Positions 48,201-58,980 of a DNA stretch of 64,000 nucleotides are shown here, piece by piece. Source of the DNA: a virus. Position numbers and translations under genes: made by a program. Positions within the stretch are counted from its first letter, which is position 1; every line of letters begins with the position of its first letter. The stretch lies in IMG/VR virus record IMGVR_UViG_3300027749_000042, one strand, 5' to 3'. The notes under the pieces are model-generated. The model searched no databases, was not told where the DNA came from, and was given only the letters and a program-made list of their open reading frames with translations.

Positions 48201-48944
48201 ATGGCTATTCCAGCATCAAGACAGGAATTCAAAGACTATATCCTGCGCCGCCTCGGAGCGCCAGTTATTGATATCAATGTGGATGACGAGCAGGTTGAGG
48301 ATCGTATCGACGACGCTATTGCGAAATACCGCGATTACCACTATGATGGCACTGAACATGTTCTGTATAAGCACATAGTTACGCCTACCGACATTACCAA
48401 TCGCTATCTTACACTCCCAGAAAGCATTATCGGCGTAACCCGTATCTTTGATCTCGGCGATAGCTATAGCACGACCAGTATGTTCAATGTGCGATATCAG
48501 CTTCACCTGAACGAACTATTCAATATTACCAGCGTATCGGTAGCACCATATGTTATGGCTATGCGCCATATTGAGACGCTAGAAGAAATCTTCGTCGGTA
48601 AGAAACCACTTAGATTTAATCGCCACACCAATACGCTTCATATCGACATGGCATGGGCTACTGACGTACAGCCAGGATATACGATTATCGTGGATGGATA
48701 TGCAAGTTTGGACCCAAACACATATACCGACGTGTGGAATGATTCGTGGCTAAAGCAGTACGCGACCGCGCTTGTGAAGCGCCAGTGGGGTGAGAATCTA
48801 AAGCTATATGAAGGTATGCAGCTTCCTGGTGGTATCACATTCAACGGGCAGAAGATTTGGGAAGAAGCAAACGACATGATAACAACGATGGAAACGTCAC
48901 TCATTAACGATTATAGCTTGCCCGTTACGGATATGATCGGCTAA
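48201..48944 (+). CDS. gp13: Neck protein gp13
   Basis: LRRLGAPVIDINV...Q.EDRIDDA...YH.DG, WLK.YATAL.KRQWG.NL, LPGG. Confidence 0.95.
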   Translation: MAIPASRQEFKDYILRRLGAPVIDINVDDEQVEDRIDDAIAKYRDYHYDGTEHVLYKHIVTPTDITNRYLTLPESIIGVTRIFDLGDSYSTTSMFNVRYQLHLNELFNITSVSVAPYVMAMRHIETLEEIFVGKKPLRFNRHTNTLHIDMAWATDVQPGYTIIVDGYASLDPNTYTDVWNDSWLKQYATALVKRQWGENLKLYEGMQLPGGITFNGQKIWEEANDMITTMETSLINDYSLPVTDMIG

Positions 48945-48946
48945 GG

Positions 48947-49780
48947 ATGACAACAAACAAATACTTCCGACCATTCACATACGGGCGTCAGCAGGATCTT
49001 GCTGAGGATCTTATCGTGCAAGCGATTAAGATTTATGGTCTGGATATAAAGTATTTGCCACGCACTCTTCGCAACGTCGATCCTCTTCTAGGTGAAGACC
49101 CAACATCGACGTTTGACGACGCGGTGGATATTGAGGTCTATGTCAAGAATGTCCAGGGTTTCGAAGGTGAGGGAGATTTTCTATCCAAGTTTAATCTTCA
49201 GATCAACGACTCCATCACATTTACGATGGCTCGTAAGCGTTGGAATCAAATCACAACCGAGAAGCTCATAACGGAAGTTGGCTATAATTATCAGGTAGAA
49301 TCCGCTGATACTAACTCTTGGGGCAATACACAGTGTATTATGCTTGAAGCAGGTAATGGTAATAATTATAGCATTACGACACCTCGCCCATTTGAAGGTG
49401 ACTGGATCTATTTTCCACTGAATAAGAAGCTATACGAAATCAAGTTTGTTGAACACGAAGCCATTTTCTATCAGCACGGTAAACTTTACACATATGATTT
49501 GAATTGCGAACTCGTGGATCGTATTGGTCCAGATTCGATTGCTACAGGTAATACCGCCATCGACGCGATTGGTACGCGCTACGATCAGAATATTCTCCAG
49601 TACCAGACTATGTTGGAAGATGGCACTTATCTGCTAAACGAAGATGGCGGATTCATGTTGAATGAATATCGTGTCGAGGTACAGACAATTACAGCCAATA
49701 ATGAATACTTCACTCAGAAATCGTTGGATTATCTTGACTTCAGCGAACGTAATCCATTCTCAGAGGTTGATAGATACTAA
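48947..49780 (+). CDS. gp14: Neck protein gp14
   Basis: Q.L..DL....IKIYG....YLPR, GFEG.GD..SKF, P.EGD.IY.P, FVEHE..FYQ. Confidence 0.93.
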   Translation: MTTNKYFRPFTYGRQQDLAEDLIVQAIKIYGLDIKYLPRTLRNVDPLLGEDPTSTFDDAVDIEVYVKNVQGFEGEGDFLSKFNLQINDSITFTMARKRWNQITTEKLITEVGYNYQVESADTNSWGNTQCIMLEAGNGNNYSITTPRPFEGDWIYFPLNKKLYEIKFVEHEAIFYQHGKLYTYDLNCELVDRIGPDSIATGNTAIDAIGTRYDQNILQYQTMLEDGTYLLNEDGGFMLNEYRVEVQTITANNEYFTQKSLDYLDFSERNPFSEVDRY

Positions 49781-50652
49781 TGTTCGGATCACAGTTTTAC
49801 CACCAGTCACTGCGTAAATATGTTATCATGTTTGGTAACATGTTCAACGATATCGTGGTCAAGCAATACAATCGCGATGGAACAACTGCATCAGCTATCG
49901 CAGTTCCTATTGCGTATGGTCCAAAAGAAAAATTTCTAGTTCGTACACAACAAGATCCTAACTTAGATCAGCAAATTTCAATCCAATTGCCTCGTCTTGC
50001 ATTTGAAATGACAACCCTAAACTATGACGGCACACGTCGTTTTAATAGCAAAGGCAAAAATGTAGTTATTGTTTCAGATAATAACAAAGCCGATTACCAG
50101 CATATGCCTGTGCCGTATGATATGACATTCAATCTCTATGCGTATGTGCGTAACGCGGACGATGGCGCGCAGGTCCTTGAACAGATTGTACCATATTTTG
50201 GACCAGAGTGGACAAACACCGTCAAGATTATTCCTGGTATGAATTTATCAATTGATATTCCTACCGTACTAAACACGGTGTCGATTGAAGATACATATGA
50301 TGGTAGCTTTGAGAATCGTCGTGCTATCATTTATACGATGGATTTTACAGTCAAAGGATACTTCTACGGACCAGTTCGTCGCCAGGGAGTTATCAAACGC
50401 GCACAAGTCGATTTTGGTGTGGTTGCAAATACTGCTGGCAAAATTACGTTGGACGATGTTGCTCGCACCGGTCGCAGTTCTCGTGTTGTTATAACTCCAG
50501 GACTTCTTGCAAATGGATCTCCAACAACAAACAGCGCAGCTTCTATACCATACTCACAGATTTCTGCAAATTCAGCTTATGGGTTTGCATCAAATAATTT
50601 CTTCTACATTGATGGATTGAAATATAACCCAAGAACAGGTAATGATGAGTGA
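49780..50652 (+). CDS. gp15: Tail sheath stabilizer/terminator gp15
   Basis: FYH...RK....FG..FN, VPIAYGPK.KFL, LPR..FE, EQI.PYF.P. Confidence 0.93.
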   Translation: MFGSQFYHQSLRKYVIMFGNMFNDIVVKQYNRDGTTASAIAVPIAYGPKEKFLVRTQQDPNLDQQISIQLPRLAFEMTTLNYDGTRRFNSKGKNVVIVSDNNKADYQHMPVPYDMTFNLYAYVRNADDGAQVLEQIVPYFGPEWTNTVKIIPGMNLSIDIPTVLNTVSIEDTYDGSFENRRAIIYTMDFTVKGYFYGPVRRQGVIKRAQVDFGVVANTAGKITLDDVARTGRSSRVVITPGLLANGSPTTNSAASIPYSQISANSAYGFASNNFFYIDGLKYNPRTGNDE

Positions 50653-51049
50653 CAAAACAATATTTGAGCAGAGTATAGAATCTGCACTAAATTTACCGAT
50701 CAACTCACCACCAATGGTGCAACCGTTGAAACCAATTGCTGTTGATTCTGATCTTGATAGTGATTTTGCTACCGCTCGAAACAATCTTCATCAAATCATC
50801 AATCAGGGTAGCGACGCTTTGGAAGAAGCTCTTATTGTAGCCAAAACATCTGAACATCCGCGAGCATTTGAAGTGGTTGGTCAGCTAATCAAAACGCTTG
50901 TCGATGCTAACAAAGACCTCCTTGACATTCAGAAAAAGTTAAAAGAGTTAAAGCGCGTTGATGAAAAAGATGTGCCACAAACAATTAATAATTCGATTTT
51001 TGTCGGTAGCACATCTGAGCTACAACAACTAATCAACGGGAGAAAGTGA
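50642..51049 (+). CDS. gp16: Terminase small subunit gp16
   Basis: D....R.NL, HPRAFEV..QLIK, FVGST.EL. Confidence 0.93.
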   Translation: MMSDKTIFEQSIESALNLPINSPPMVQPLKPIAVDSDLDSDFATARNNLHQIINQGSDALEEALIVAKTSEHPRAFEVVGQLIKTLVDANKDLLDIQKKLKELKRVDEKDVPQTINNSIFVGSTSELQQLINGRK

Positions 51050-51195
51050 TGTTAAAGAAAATCTTACAGGACACCCTATTAAATTCTAATCTTGTTCTCC
51101 CTCCACCAGTTCAAACTGGCACTAAAAAAGAGCCAACAATTGAAGAGCTAAAGGCTAGAGAAGCTGCCGCACCTAAAAAGAATAAGGTAAGATGA
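51049..51195 (+). CDS. Possible 48-aa protein between gp16 and gp17
   Basis: MLKKILQDTLL...KVR*; overlaps gp16 stop (TGATG) and gp17 start (ATGA). Confidence 0.5.
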   Translation: MLKKILQDTLLNSNLVLPPPVQTGTKKEPTIEELKAREAAAPKKNKVR

Positions 51196-52811
51196 GCAAG
51201 ACATATCTTGGTAACCCAAATCTTAAACGATATGGGGTGCCTATTCAGTATACCAAAGAGCAGGTTGAAGAGTATATAAAATGTGCAAAAGACGTTGAAT
51301 ATTTTGCTCGGACTTATGTTAAAATCGTCAACGTGGATCACGGCCTTATACCGTTCAATATGTGGGACTTTCAAGCGAAGATGCTCCACACGTTTGCGGA
51401 CAACCGCTTTTCTATCTGTAAACTCCCTCGTCAGGTCGGCAAGTCTACCACATCTATCGCATATATCCTCTGGCTCATTCTATTCACAGACCAACAGAAT
51501 GTGGCTATTCTCGCGAACAAGGGCGCGCTTGCGCGTGACCTATTAGCCAAACTTCAGCTTGCATATGAATATCTTCCGATCTGGCTTCAGCAGGGTGTTG
51601 TCGTCTGGAACAAAGGCAACATCGAACTAGAGAATGGGTCGAAGGTTCTCGCTGCGGCTACGTCATCCAGTGCTATCCGCGGAGGCTCATTTAACCTTAT
51701 CTTCCTTGACGAGTTCGCGCACGTCCAGCGCAATCTAGCTGATGCATTCTTTGCATCTACATACCCTACCATTTCATCTGGTAAGACGACTAAGATTATA
51801 ATCGTATCTACGCCACTTGGTATGAATCATTTCTATCGCATGTGGTCAGACGCCATCGAAGGTAATAGCGAATATGCGCCAGTTGAAATTAACTGGTCGG
51901 ATGTCCCAGGGCGTGATGAAGAATGGAAAAAACAGACCATCGCTAATACTAGCGAAGAACAGTTTCGTCAGGAATTTGAGTGCGAGTTTATTGGTTCGTC
52001 TAGCACCCTCATCAACCCTATGAAGCTTCGCGAACTAACACACGTTCGCCCACAAAAAGATAAATTTAATCTTGATTACTATGAAGCACCAGACCCAAAG
52101 AAATCTTATATTATGGTATTCGACGTGTCCGAAGGTGTAGGTGGCGACTATTCTGCGCTATCTGTTTTTGATGTGTCGCAAGTCCCATATCGGCAGGTAG
52201 CTAAATATAGGGACAAAAATGTCTCGCCACTTTTGTTCCCAGACGTAATTTACCGATTTGCTCGCTGGTACAATAACGCATATGTTTTAGGTGAAACAAA
52301 TAACATTGGGCAGCAGGTTGTCAATTCGTTGTTTATGGATCTGGAATATGAAAATGTTATTGCTACGTTTAGTAAAAACAAAGCAATCAAGATTGGTGGT
52401 GGGTTTGCCACTAAATCGGCTTTCGGTGTGCGTACCACAAAACAGGTCAAAAAGATCGGTTGTTCGAATCTGAAGACGATTATCGAAAGCAATAAGCTAT
52501 TGATAACCGACTTTGACACGATTGAAGAACTTACCACCTTTGTTGAAGACAAAGACACATATAAAGCTGAAGAAGGTTGCCACGATGATCTAGCTATGAC
52601 GTTGGTTCTTTTTGGGTGGCTCATAACTCAGGCGTATTTTAAAGACTTAATGAACAGTGATATTAGGCAAAATTTAGCCCGCGAAACAATGAAAGATGTG
52701 CATGACGACTTACTTCCGGTAGGGTTTATAGACGATGGTAGACAGGAAATAGAAGCCATTGATGACCCAATACCCGCTGGGATGGGCTTCGGTGATTTTA
52801 GATTTGGGTAA
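51192..52811 (+). CDS. gp17: Terminase large subunit gp17
   Basis: YLGNPNLK, PRQVGKST, IFLDEFAH, IVSTP.G.NHFY, F.QEF.C.F, DV.EG...DYS, HDDL.M. Confidence 0.97.
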   Translation: MSKTYLGNPNLKRYGVPIQYTKEQVEEYIKCAKDVEYFARTYVKIVNVDHGLIPFNMWDFQAKMLHTFADNRFSICKLPRQVGKSTTSIAYILWLILFTDQQNVAILANKGALARDLLAKLQLAYEYLPIWLQQGVVVWNKGNIELENGSKVLAAATSSSAIRGGSFNLIFLDEFAHVQRNLADAFFASTYPTISSGKTTKIIIVSTPLGMNHFYRMWSDAIEGNSEYAPVEINWSDVPGRDEEWKKQTIANTSEEQFRQEFECEFIGSSSTLINPMKLRELTHVRPQKDKFNLDYYEAPDPKKSYIMVFDVSEGVGGDYSALSVFDVSQVPYRQVAKYRDKNVSPLLFPDVIYRFARWYNNAYVLGETNNIGQQVVNSLFMDLEYENVIATFSKNKAIKIGGGFATKSAFGVRTTKQVKKIGCSNLKTIIESNKLLITDFDTIEELTTFVEDKDTYKAEEGCHDDLAMTLVLFGWLITQAYFKDLMNSDIRQNLARETMKDVHDDLLPVGFIDDGRQEIEAIDDPIPAGMGFGDFRFG

Positions 52812-52826
52812 CAAAAGTCTCGTTTT

Positions 52827-52834
52827 TATAAATA
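52827..52834 (+). promoter_or_regulatory. T4-type late promoter
   Basis: TATAAATA upstream of gp18. Confidence 0.8.
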
Positions 52835-52886
52835 AAAGAACAAGAATGAATCGAAGAATACCTTCGTCTATAGAGGAGATAAGTCT

Positions 52887-54836
52887 ATGCCATTTCAAAT
52901 CTCTCCCGGAGTCAACGTAAGTGAGATTGATCTTACTACGATTATCCCGGCAGTCAGCACAACAACAGCAGCTTTTGCGGGACATTACTCTTGGGGTCCT
53001 GTAGGCGTTCGCGTTCTTACTGACTCAGAAGATACGCTTGTAAATAATTTCCGCGTGCCAAACACAAACACTGCTGTTGACTTCTTTACCGCTGCAAATT
53101 TTTTGTCTTACGGTAATGCATTATATTTGACTCGTGTTGTTCGCGATGCAAACGCATCAAATCGTTCAACTGATGTTGCAATTGCTCGTAATTCTGTAAG
53201 TAACAACTCTCTAGCTACAAACATAATTATCAAAAACATAGATGATTATAATCAAAATTATTCAAGTGGCATTGTTTCTGCCGGATTGTGGACAGCTAAG
53301 TATCCAGGTAACATCGGCAACAATATTCGTGTATCTGTTTGCCTTTCATCAAATGCTTACGAATCAACCGTTTCCGGTACGATTGCATTTGCAAACGGAT
53401 CAACCACTGCAACTGCATCAGCTAACCAAGCAACACTTTTGACAGTAGGAGATATTCTTCTTGCTGGTCCTGATAAGGTTGAAGTTCAAATTTCGTCACT
53501 CGGCACAGGTAAAAATCTTACACTAAGAAGCGCATATGTTGGTAATAACATAACACAGTCTTCTGTAACTCGTCGTTGGGAATTTCATAAGAATGTGAAT
53601 GGACCACCTGGAACATCTCAAGATGCTGCTCGTCATGGTGGTTCAAATGATGAAATGCATATTATTGTTGCCGACGAAGATGGTGGCATCACAGGTTATG
53701 CCAATACGGTTCTTGAAGTACACCAAAATATTTCAAAGGCTATTGATTCGCAAAGCGAAAATGGTACAAATATTTACTTTAAAGATTATATCAATCAAAA
53801 TTCTCGTTGGATTTGGTGGACTTCTAACCCAACAGGATTCCGTTCAGGCCTCGCTATTAAATCATCGGTCAACTTTAATGCCGCAACTGGAAGTACCAAC
53901 AAACCAGTAAACTCTTCACTAGGTAAAGGGCGTGATGGATCACTTCCACGTGAAGCAGATTATATTAATGCATATAATCTATTCAGAAGTGCGGAAGATA
54001 TTGATATTTCACTTGTTCTTGGTGGTGCATCGACACAAACACGCGCAATTCACATCATTAATAACATTGTTGAATATCGCAAGGATTGTGTAGCCGTATT
54101 ATCACCACCATCGGCTTCTGTAGTAAACAACAACGCATATTCTGGTAAAGAGCAAACTGATATCATTACATTCCGCAATTTGCTACCATCAACATCTTAT
54201 GCTATCATGGACTCTGGATGGAAGTATCAATATGACAAGTACAATGACGTTTATCGTTATATACCTTGTAACGGCGACGTTGCTGGTCTCATGGTTCGAA
54301 CAGACAATGATCGTGATCCTTGGTGGTCTCCTGCTGGCTACAATCGCGGTGGCATTAAGAATGCTATCAAGATGGCTTATAACCCAGGTAAGGCTGATCG
54401 TGACCAGCTATACAAGAACGGTATCAATCCAATTGTGACGTTCCCAGGTCAGGGTACAATTTTATTTGGTGATAAGACAATGCTTTCAAAGCCATCAGCT
54501 TTCGACCGCATCAATGTTCGTCGTCTATTCATTGTGCTTGAAAAGGCAATTGCAACTGCTGCTAAGTTCACATTGTTTGAATTCAACGATGCATTCACAC
54601 GCGCACAGTTCAAGGCTCTAGTAGAACCATTCCTTCGTGACGTTCAGGGGCGTCGTGGTATCACGGACTTCCGTGTGGTTTGCGACGAAACAAACAACAC
54701 AGGCGAAGTTATCGACCGCAATGAGTTTATTGGTGATATCTACATCAAGCCAGCTCGTTCAATTAACTTCATTCAGCTTAACTTCGTGGCAGTACGTTCA
54801 GGCGTAGATTTCACCGAAGTGGTAGGAAAGTTCTAA
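52887..54836 (+). CDS. gp18: Tail sheath protein gp18
   Basis: SPGV...EIDLT, PW.SPAG..RG, FGDKT, SAFDRINVRRLF, KPARSINFI.LNF. Confidence 0.97.
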   Translation: MPFQISPGVNVSEIDLTTIIPAVSTTTAAFAGHYSWGPVGVRVLTDSEDTLVNNFRVPNTNTAVDFFTAANFLSYGNALYLTRVVRDANASNRSTDVAIARNSVSNNSLATNIIIKNIDDYNQNYSSGIVSAGLWTAKYPGNIGNNIRVSVCLSSNAYESTVSGTIAFANGSTTATASANQATLLTVGDILLAGPDKVEVQISSLGTGKNLTLRSAYVGNNITQSSVTRRWEFHKNVNGPPGTSQDAARHGGSNDEMHIIVADEDGGITGYANTVLEVHQNISKAIDSQSENGTNIYFKDYINQNSRWIWWTSNPTGFRSGLAIKSSVNFNAATGSTNKPVNSSLGKGRDGSLPREADYINAYNLFRSAEDIDISLVLGGASTQTRAIHIINNIVEYRKDCVAVLSPPSASVVNNNAYSGKEQTDIITFRNLLPSTSYAIMDSGWKYQYDKYNDVYRYIPCNGDVAGLMVRTDNDRDPWWSPAGYNRGGIKNAIKMAYNPGKADRDQLYKNGINPIVTFPGQGTILFGDKTMLSKPSAFDRINVRRLFIVLEKAIATAAKFTLFEFNDAFTRAQFKALVEPFLRDVQGRRGITDFRVVCDETNNTGEVIDRNEFIGDIYIKPARSINFIQLNFVAVRSGVDFTEVVGKF

Positions 54837-54879
54837 TTTAGGCGAATAAATAGAAAGAAAAGGTAGGGAGACAAATAAT

Positions 54880-55488
54880 ATGCCCTTTAATGTTAATACA
54901 TTCGCTTCGCTAGGACTTCCGTATGGTGGCGCAAGAGCATCTCTTTTCGAGGTGTTCTTGACACTACCACAGGGCCTTTCAAATCCTACGGCAGAAGCAC
55001 AGTTTCGATTTGTCTGTAAAGCCTCGTCGATTCCACAATCAACAGTAGGGCAAATTGAAGTGCCCTACTTCGGTCGCAAAGTTAAAATGGCTGGTAATAG
55101 AACATTTGATAATTGGACCGTAACTATTATGAACGACGAAGATTTTGAAATGCGTCATGCGTTCGAAGAATGGTCAGCAGCAATTAATAGTCATGTAAAT
55201 AATCTTCGTGACTCTGCTCTTATCTTTGAATCTGGACAGGCAGCATATCGCTCACGCGCTACTGTTCGTCACTACGCAAAGACAGGTGTATATGGTTCTG
55301 GTACAGCAGCCGGTGATGCAGCTATTCCAACACGCCAATACACATTCAATAACATCTTCCCTCTAAACATTTCAAACATTGATCTAAACTGGGAAACAAC
55401 AGACGCGATTGAAGAATTTACCGTGGAGTTCGCATACGATTATTGGACAGTTGAGGCTGACCTACTCGGCAACTTGATTGACAATTAA
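54880..55488 (+). CDS. gp19: Tail tube protein gp19
   Basis: GGAR..LFEV, GR..K.AG.RTF..WTVT..NDEDF..R..FE.W, IEEF.V.F.YDYW; AATAAATA at 54845. Confidence 0.95.
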   Translation: MPFNVNTFASLGLPYGGARASLFEVFLTLPQGLSNPTAEAQFRFVCKASSIPQSTVGQIEVPYFGRKVKMAGNRTFDNWTVTIMNDEDFEMRHAFEEWSAAINSHVNNLRDSALIFESGQAAYRSRATVRHYAKTGVYGSGTAAGDAAIPTRQYTFNNIFPLNISNIDLNWETTDAIEEFTVEFAYDYWTVEADLLGNLIDN

Positions 55489-55537
55489 GATCGCTTTAGT
55501 TTTCCTATATAATTGATTAGACCTTGAAGGAAAATAA

Positions 55538-57409
55538 ATGGCGATTGAACTTTTTGGATTCCGTATTGGAAAAGCAGACGATGGTACTGAGGTCAAACAG
55601 GCCGAACAGATACCTTCGTTTGCTCCTCCACCAAATACCGATGGTGCGCTTGAAGTAGCGCCTGGCGGCGCATACGGCACTTACGTCGATTTCGAAGGTA
55701 CTGCAAAAAGCGAAGCGGATCTAGTAACCCGCTATCGCGAAATGGCGTTGTATCCAGAAGTAGAATCAGCCATTGATGATATCGTAAATGAAGCAATCAT
55801 CACAGACGACAACGCTGAACCCGTATCGCTGGATATGGATGATCTAAAACAACCAGCATCAATCAAAAAGAAAATCGAAGAAGAGTTCAAGACCGTTCTT
55901 GAGTTATTGGATTTCTCTAATCTTGCTTATGATATTTTCCGTCGTTGGTATGTTGACGGACGCATGTTCTATCATATTATGGTTGACGTTAAAAATCCTC
56001 GCGCTGGTATTCAAGAGCTTCGCTATATTGACCCAAGACGCATTCGTAAAATTCGTCAACCAATCAAGCGCACACCTATCGTTGGTACTAATGCGAAGCT
56101 AATCGTTCCTCCATACGAAGAATACTTTCTTTATAATGTAGCTGGTCTCCAATCGGGCACTGCTACTCAGGGAGTGAAGATTGCTAAGGATTCTATCTGC
56201 TATACACACAGCAGCATTATGGATCATCGTAATCGTATGGTTCTTTCTCATCTCCACAAAGCAATTAAACCACTCAATCAGTTGCGTATGCTTGAGGACG
56301 CGGTAGTTATCTATCGTCTCGCTCGCGCACCTGAGCGTCGTATTTTCTACATCGACGTTGGTAACTTGCCTAAAGCAAAAGCCGAGCAGTATGTCCGTGA
56401 TATGATGGTTCGTCATAAGAACCGTCTTGTCTATAATGCTGAAACTGGTGATGTTCAAGATACCCGCAAGTTTATGACTATGTTGGAAGACTATTGGCTT
56501 CCACGTCGTGAAGGTGGGCGTGGTACTGAAATTACTACCCTCCCAGGTGGTGAGAATCTTGGGCAGATGGACGATGTTGAGTATTTCAAAAAGAAACTAT
56601 ACAAGGCCCTATCTGTTCCTGTGTCTCGTCTTGAGCCAGAAGGCACATTCTCTATGGGGCGTCAAGGTGAAATCTCACGCGATGAAATCAAGTTCGCGAA
56701 ATTCATTGACCGTCTGCGCCATAGATTCGCACATCTGTTTGACCATCTCCTAGAAATTCAGCTCGTTCTCAAGGGTGTTATGACCCGCGAAGAGTGGAAA
56801 GAATTGAAGAATGATATCCGCTATGATTTCCAGCGTGATAACTATTATTCAGAAATAAAGGAACAGGAAGTTCTAAACCAACGTCTTGCAACTCTACAGG
56901 TTGTGGATCAGTATGTTGGTAAGTATTATTCGGTTGAATGGATTCGCAAGCATGTTCTTCGTCAGACTGAGGAAGAAATTGAGGAAATGGACAAGCAGAT
57001 TGCATCTGAGCCAGATCCAATGGGCAATGAACTAGAGATGCAGAAACAAGACCACGAACAAGAAATGCAGAAAACTCAGCAACAGATGGACATGAAAGAC
57101 ATGGAAATCAAAGGCAAAGAGTTGGATGCAAAAGCTGCTGCATTAGGTTCTAAGAATAAACCATCTGATAAAGCAAAGGCCGTTGCAAAACCTGCTGCGG
57201 CTGCTGCACCTAAGACGCAGAAGGTAGAGATCAAAGTCTCTGGAGATACTAAGAAGAAAGCATCTATCAAGAAAGAAGAGTATGAGCCATTTGTGCCAAA
57301 GCCTCTTAGCGAAGAAGATAAGCGACTCATTGAAAGAATGACTGCGGTTATGGAACATGTGGCTCATGAGGACATTGAAGAAGTGGAAGAGATCAAGGAT
57401 GCCATCTAA
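55538..57409 (+). CDS. gp20: Portal vertex protein gp20 with C-terminal extension
   Basis: LFGF, FRRWYVDGR, NQLRMLED..VIYR..RAPERRIFYIDVGNLPK.KAEQY, EDYWLPRREGGRGTEI. Confidence 0.97.
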   Translation: MAIELFGFRIGKADDGTEVKQAEQIPSFAPPPNTDGALEVAPGGAYGTYVDFEGTAKSEADLVTRYREMALYPEVESAIDDIVNEAIITDDNAEPVSLDMDDLKQPASIKKKIEEEFKTVLELLDFSNLAYDIFRRWYVDGRMFYHIMVDVKNPRAGIQELRYIDPRRIRKIRQPIKRTPIVGTNAKLIVPPYEEYFLYNVAGLQSGTATQGVKIAKDSICYTHSSIMDHRNRMVLSHLHKAIKPLNQLRMLEDAVVIYRLARAPERRIFYIDVGNLPKAKAEQYVRDMMVRHKNRLVYNAETGDVQDTRKFMTMLEDYWLPRREGGRGTEITTLPGGENLGQMDDVEYFKKKLYKALSVPVSRLEPEGTFSMGRQGEISRDEIKFAKFIDRLRHRFAHLFDHLLEIQLVLKGVMTREEWKELKNDIRYDFQRDNYYSEIKEQEVLNQRLATLQVVDQYVGKYYSVEWIRKHVLRQTEEEIEEMDKQIASEPDPMGNELEMQKQDHEQEMQKTQQQMDMKDMEIKGKELDAKAAALGSKNKPSDKAKAVAKPAAAAAPKTQKVEIKVSGDTKKKASIKKEEYEPFVPKPLSEEDKRLIERMTAVMEHVAHEDIEEVEEIKDAI

Positions 57410-57411
57410 CC

Positions 57412-58977
57412 ATGGAAGAGCTGGAAAAAGCTAAACTCCTTGCTGTTGCACAAAAGATTGCAAAATCTGAAGTTGCTGAAGTTCGCAATGAGTTAATAGA
57501 ACAAATCAATAAAATTCAATCAATTACTCCTGCGTCTGGTATTCCCGGGCGTGGGATTATTGACGTTGCTCTAATTGAAGAGGAGTTAGTTCTTCAATTC
57601 AACGATGGTTCATTTGCAAATCTTGGGCGCATAATTGGTGAGCAAGGCATTCAAGGGCAACGCGGAGAACAAGGATTACAGGGCGAGCAGGGTATTACTG
57701 GTGAACAAGGTATTCAGGGTGAGCAAGGCATTCCTGGGATTCAAGGCGAGCAAGGTATTCAAGGAGATAAAGGTGACCGTGGGGATCAAGGAATTCGCGG
57801 CGCAAAGGGAGAGAAGGGAGATACCGGTGACAGAGGCGAACAAGGAATTCCTGGTAAACGCGGAGAACGCGGAGAACAAGGATCAGCAGCTATTGACGGA
57901 GCCGCTGGACGTGATGGAGCAAAAGGCGCAACAGGAGCGCGAGGGGATCAAGGTCTTCCTGGCAGAGATGGCAAAGACGGAAAGAGCGGCAAAGACGGTG
58001 GTCAAGGATTAAAGGGTGATAAGGGAGACACAGGAGAAAAAGGCGATAAAGGTGATCCTGGCTCTGATGCTGATGTATCAAAGCTAGAAAAGAAACTAAG
58101 TGAATTTAGTGAACAAGTTGATAAGAGACTATCAAAGGTAGCTTTCAATGTAGTTGCTAAAGGTGGTCCTGCAGGTTCTGGTGAAGTACTTCTGCACCGC
58201 CTCGATGACGTTGACTATAATAGCGTAAAGAATCCAAGCAATGGGCAAGCACTTGTTTGGAGTTCTAGTACATCTAAATGGAAAGCATCTAGTGACATAT
58301 CAGTAGGAACGCTTACGGTTTCTGGTGCAATAATGCCTTCTGGTAATACGCCTATTAGTATCGGTTCACCCAGCAAACCATTTGGTTCTTTATATCTATC
58401 AAGCAATACGATATACATCGGCAATGCTGCTATTTCATCTAATGGCCCAAAGTTAATTATTCCTAATCAAACTTTTTTTGCTAACGGAGTACAAGTCGGT
58501 TCTGGAACTGGTGGAGGCGGCGCTGGAGGTGGCGCTGTTAATCTTGCGCCATATCTACAAGTTTCTAACGCTAATGCTAAGTTCGCAACAAAAGCATACG
58601 CCGCAGCAAACTCATATGTTAAAACACTATTAGCTAACACAAACGCATATATCGCAACTAAACCACAATATTATTATTCAACTACGATGTACAATTATAC
58701 CGCATATGGTCTGGGTTATATGAATGTTGCGCCTAATCAAAATCCTACTACGTTGGCATTTAGAACGGATGTTTCTTCTCCACCATTCGGTTCGATATGG
58801 ATTCTTGCGGTAAATGATGGATTAGTTGATCCAGCACCAATATCAATATACTCGCCTAACACACGAACCACACCAATGCTTTGGATGTCTATAGATGGAA
58901 GTGGTCCATTTTCGGATGCTAATCCAAATGGTCAAGCGTATTGGTTTAACATCACACCACCACCGTCGGGGGCATAA
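57412..58977 (+). CDS. Collagen-like fibre protein
   Basis: 47 Gly-X-Y triplets (28 + 19, one interruption), then LDDV...NGQ.L.W fibre motif. Confidence 0.85.
   Translation: MEELEKAKLLAVAQKIAKSEVAEVRNELIEQINKIQSITPASGIPGRGIIDVALIEEELVLQFNDGSFANLGRIIGEQGIQGQRGEQGLQGEQGITGEQGIQGEQGIPGIQGEQGIQGDKGDRGDQGIRGAKGEKGDTGDRGEQGIPGKRGERGEQGSAAIDGAAGRDGAKGATGARGDQGLPGRDGKDGKSGKDGGQGLKGDKGDTGEKGDKGDPGSDADVSKLEKKLSEFSEQVDKRLSKVAFNVVAKGGPAGSGEVLLHRLDDVDYNSVKNPSNGQALVWSSSTSKWKASSDISVGTLTVSGAIMPSGNTPISIGSPSKPFGSLYLSSNTIYIGNAAISSNGPKLIIPNQTFFANGVQVGSGTGGGGAGGGAVNLAPYLQVSNANAKFATKAYAAANSYVKTLLANTNAYIATKPQYYYSTTMYNYTAYGLGYMNVAPNQNPTTLAFRTDVSSPPFGSIWILAVNDGLVDPAPISIYSPNTRTTPMLWMSIDGSGPFSDANPNGQAYWFNITPPPSGA
57637..58068 (+). 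repeat. Gly-X-Y collagen repeat tract
   Basis: GEQ/GIQ/GDK/GDR... triplets with 9-bp periodic DNA. Confidence 0.9.
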
Positions 58978-58980
58978 CAA

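Noticed and set aside
48201-57409. Introns, inteins or homing endonucleases in core genes
   Set aside because: gp13-gp20 read as continuous frames of expected size; no LAGLIDADG, GIY-YIG, HNH or intein motifs seen
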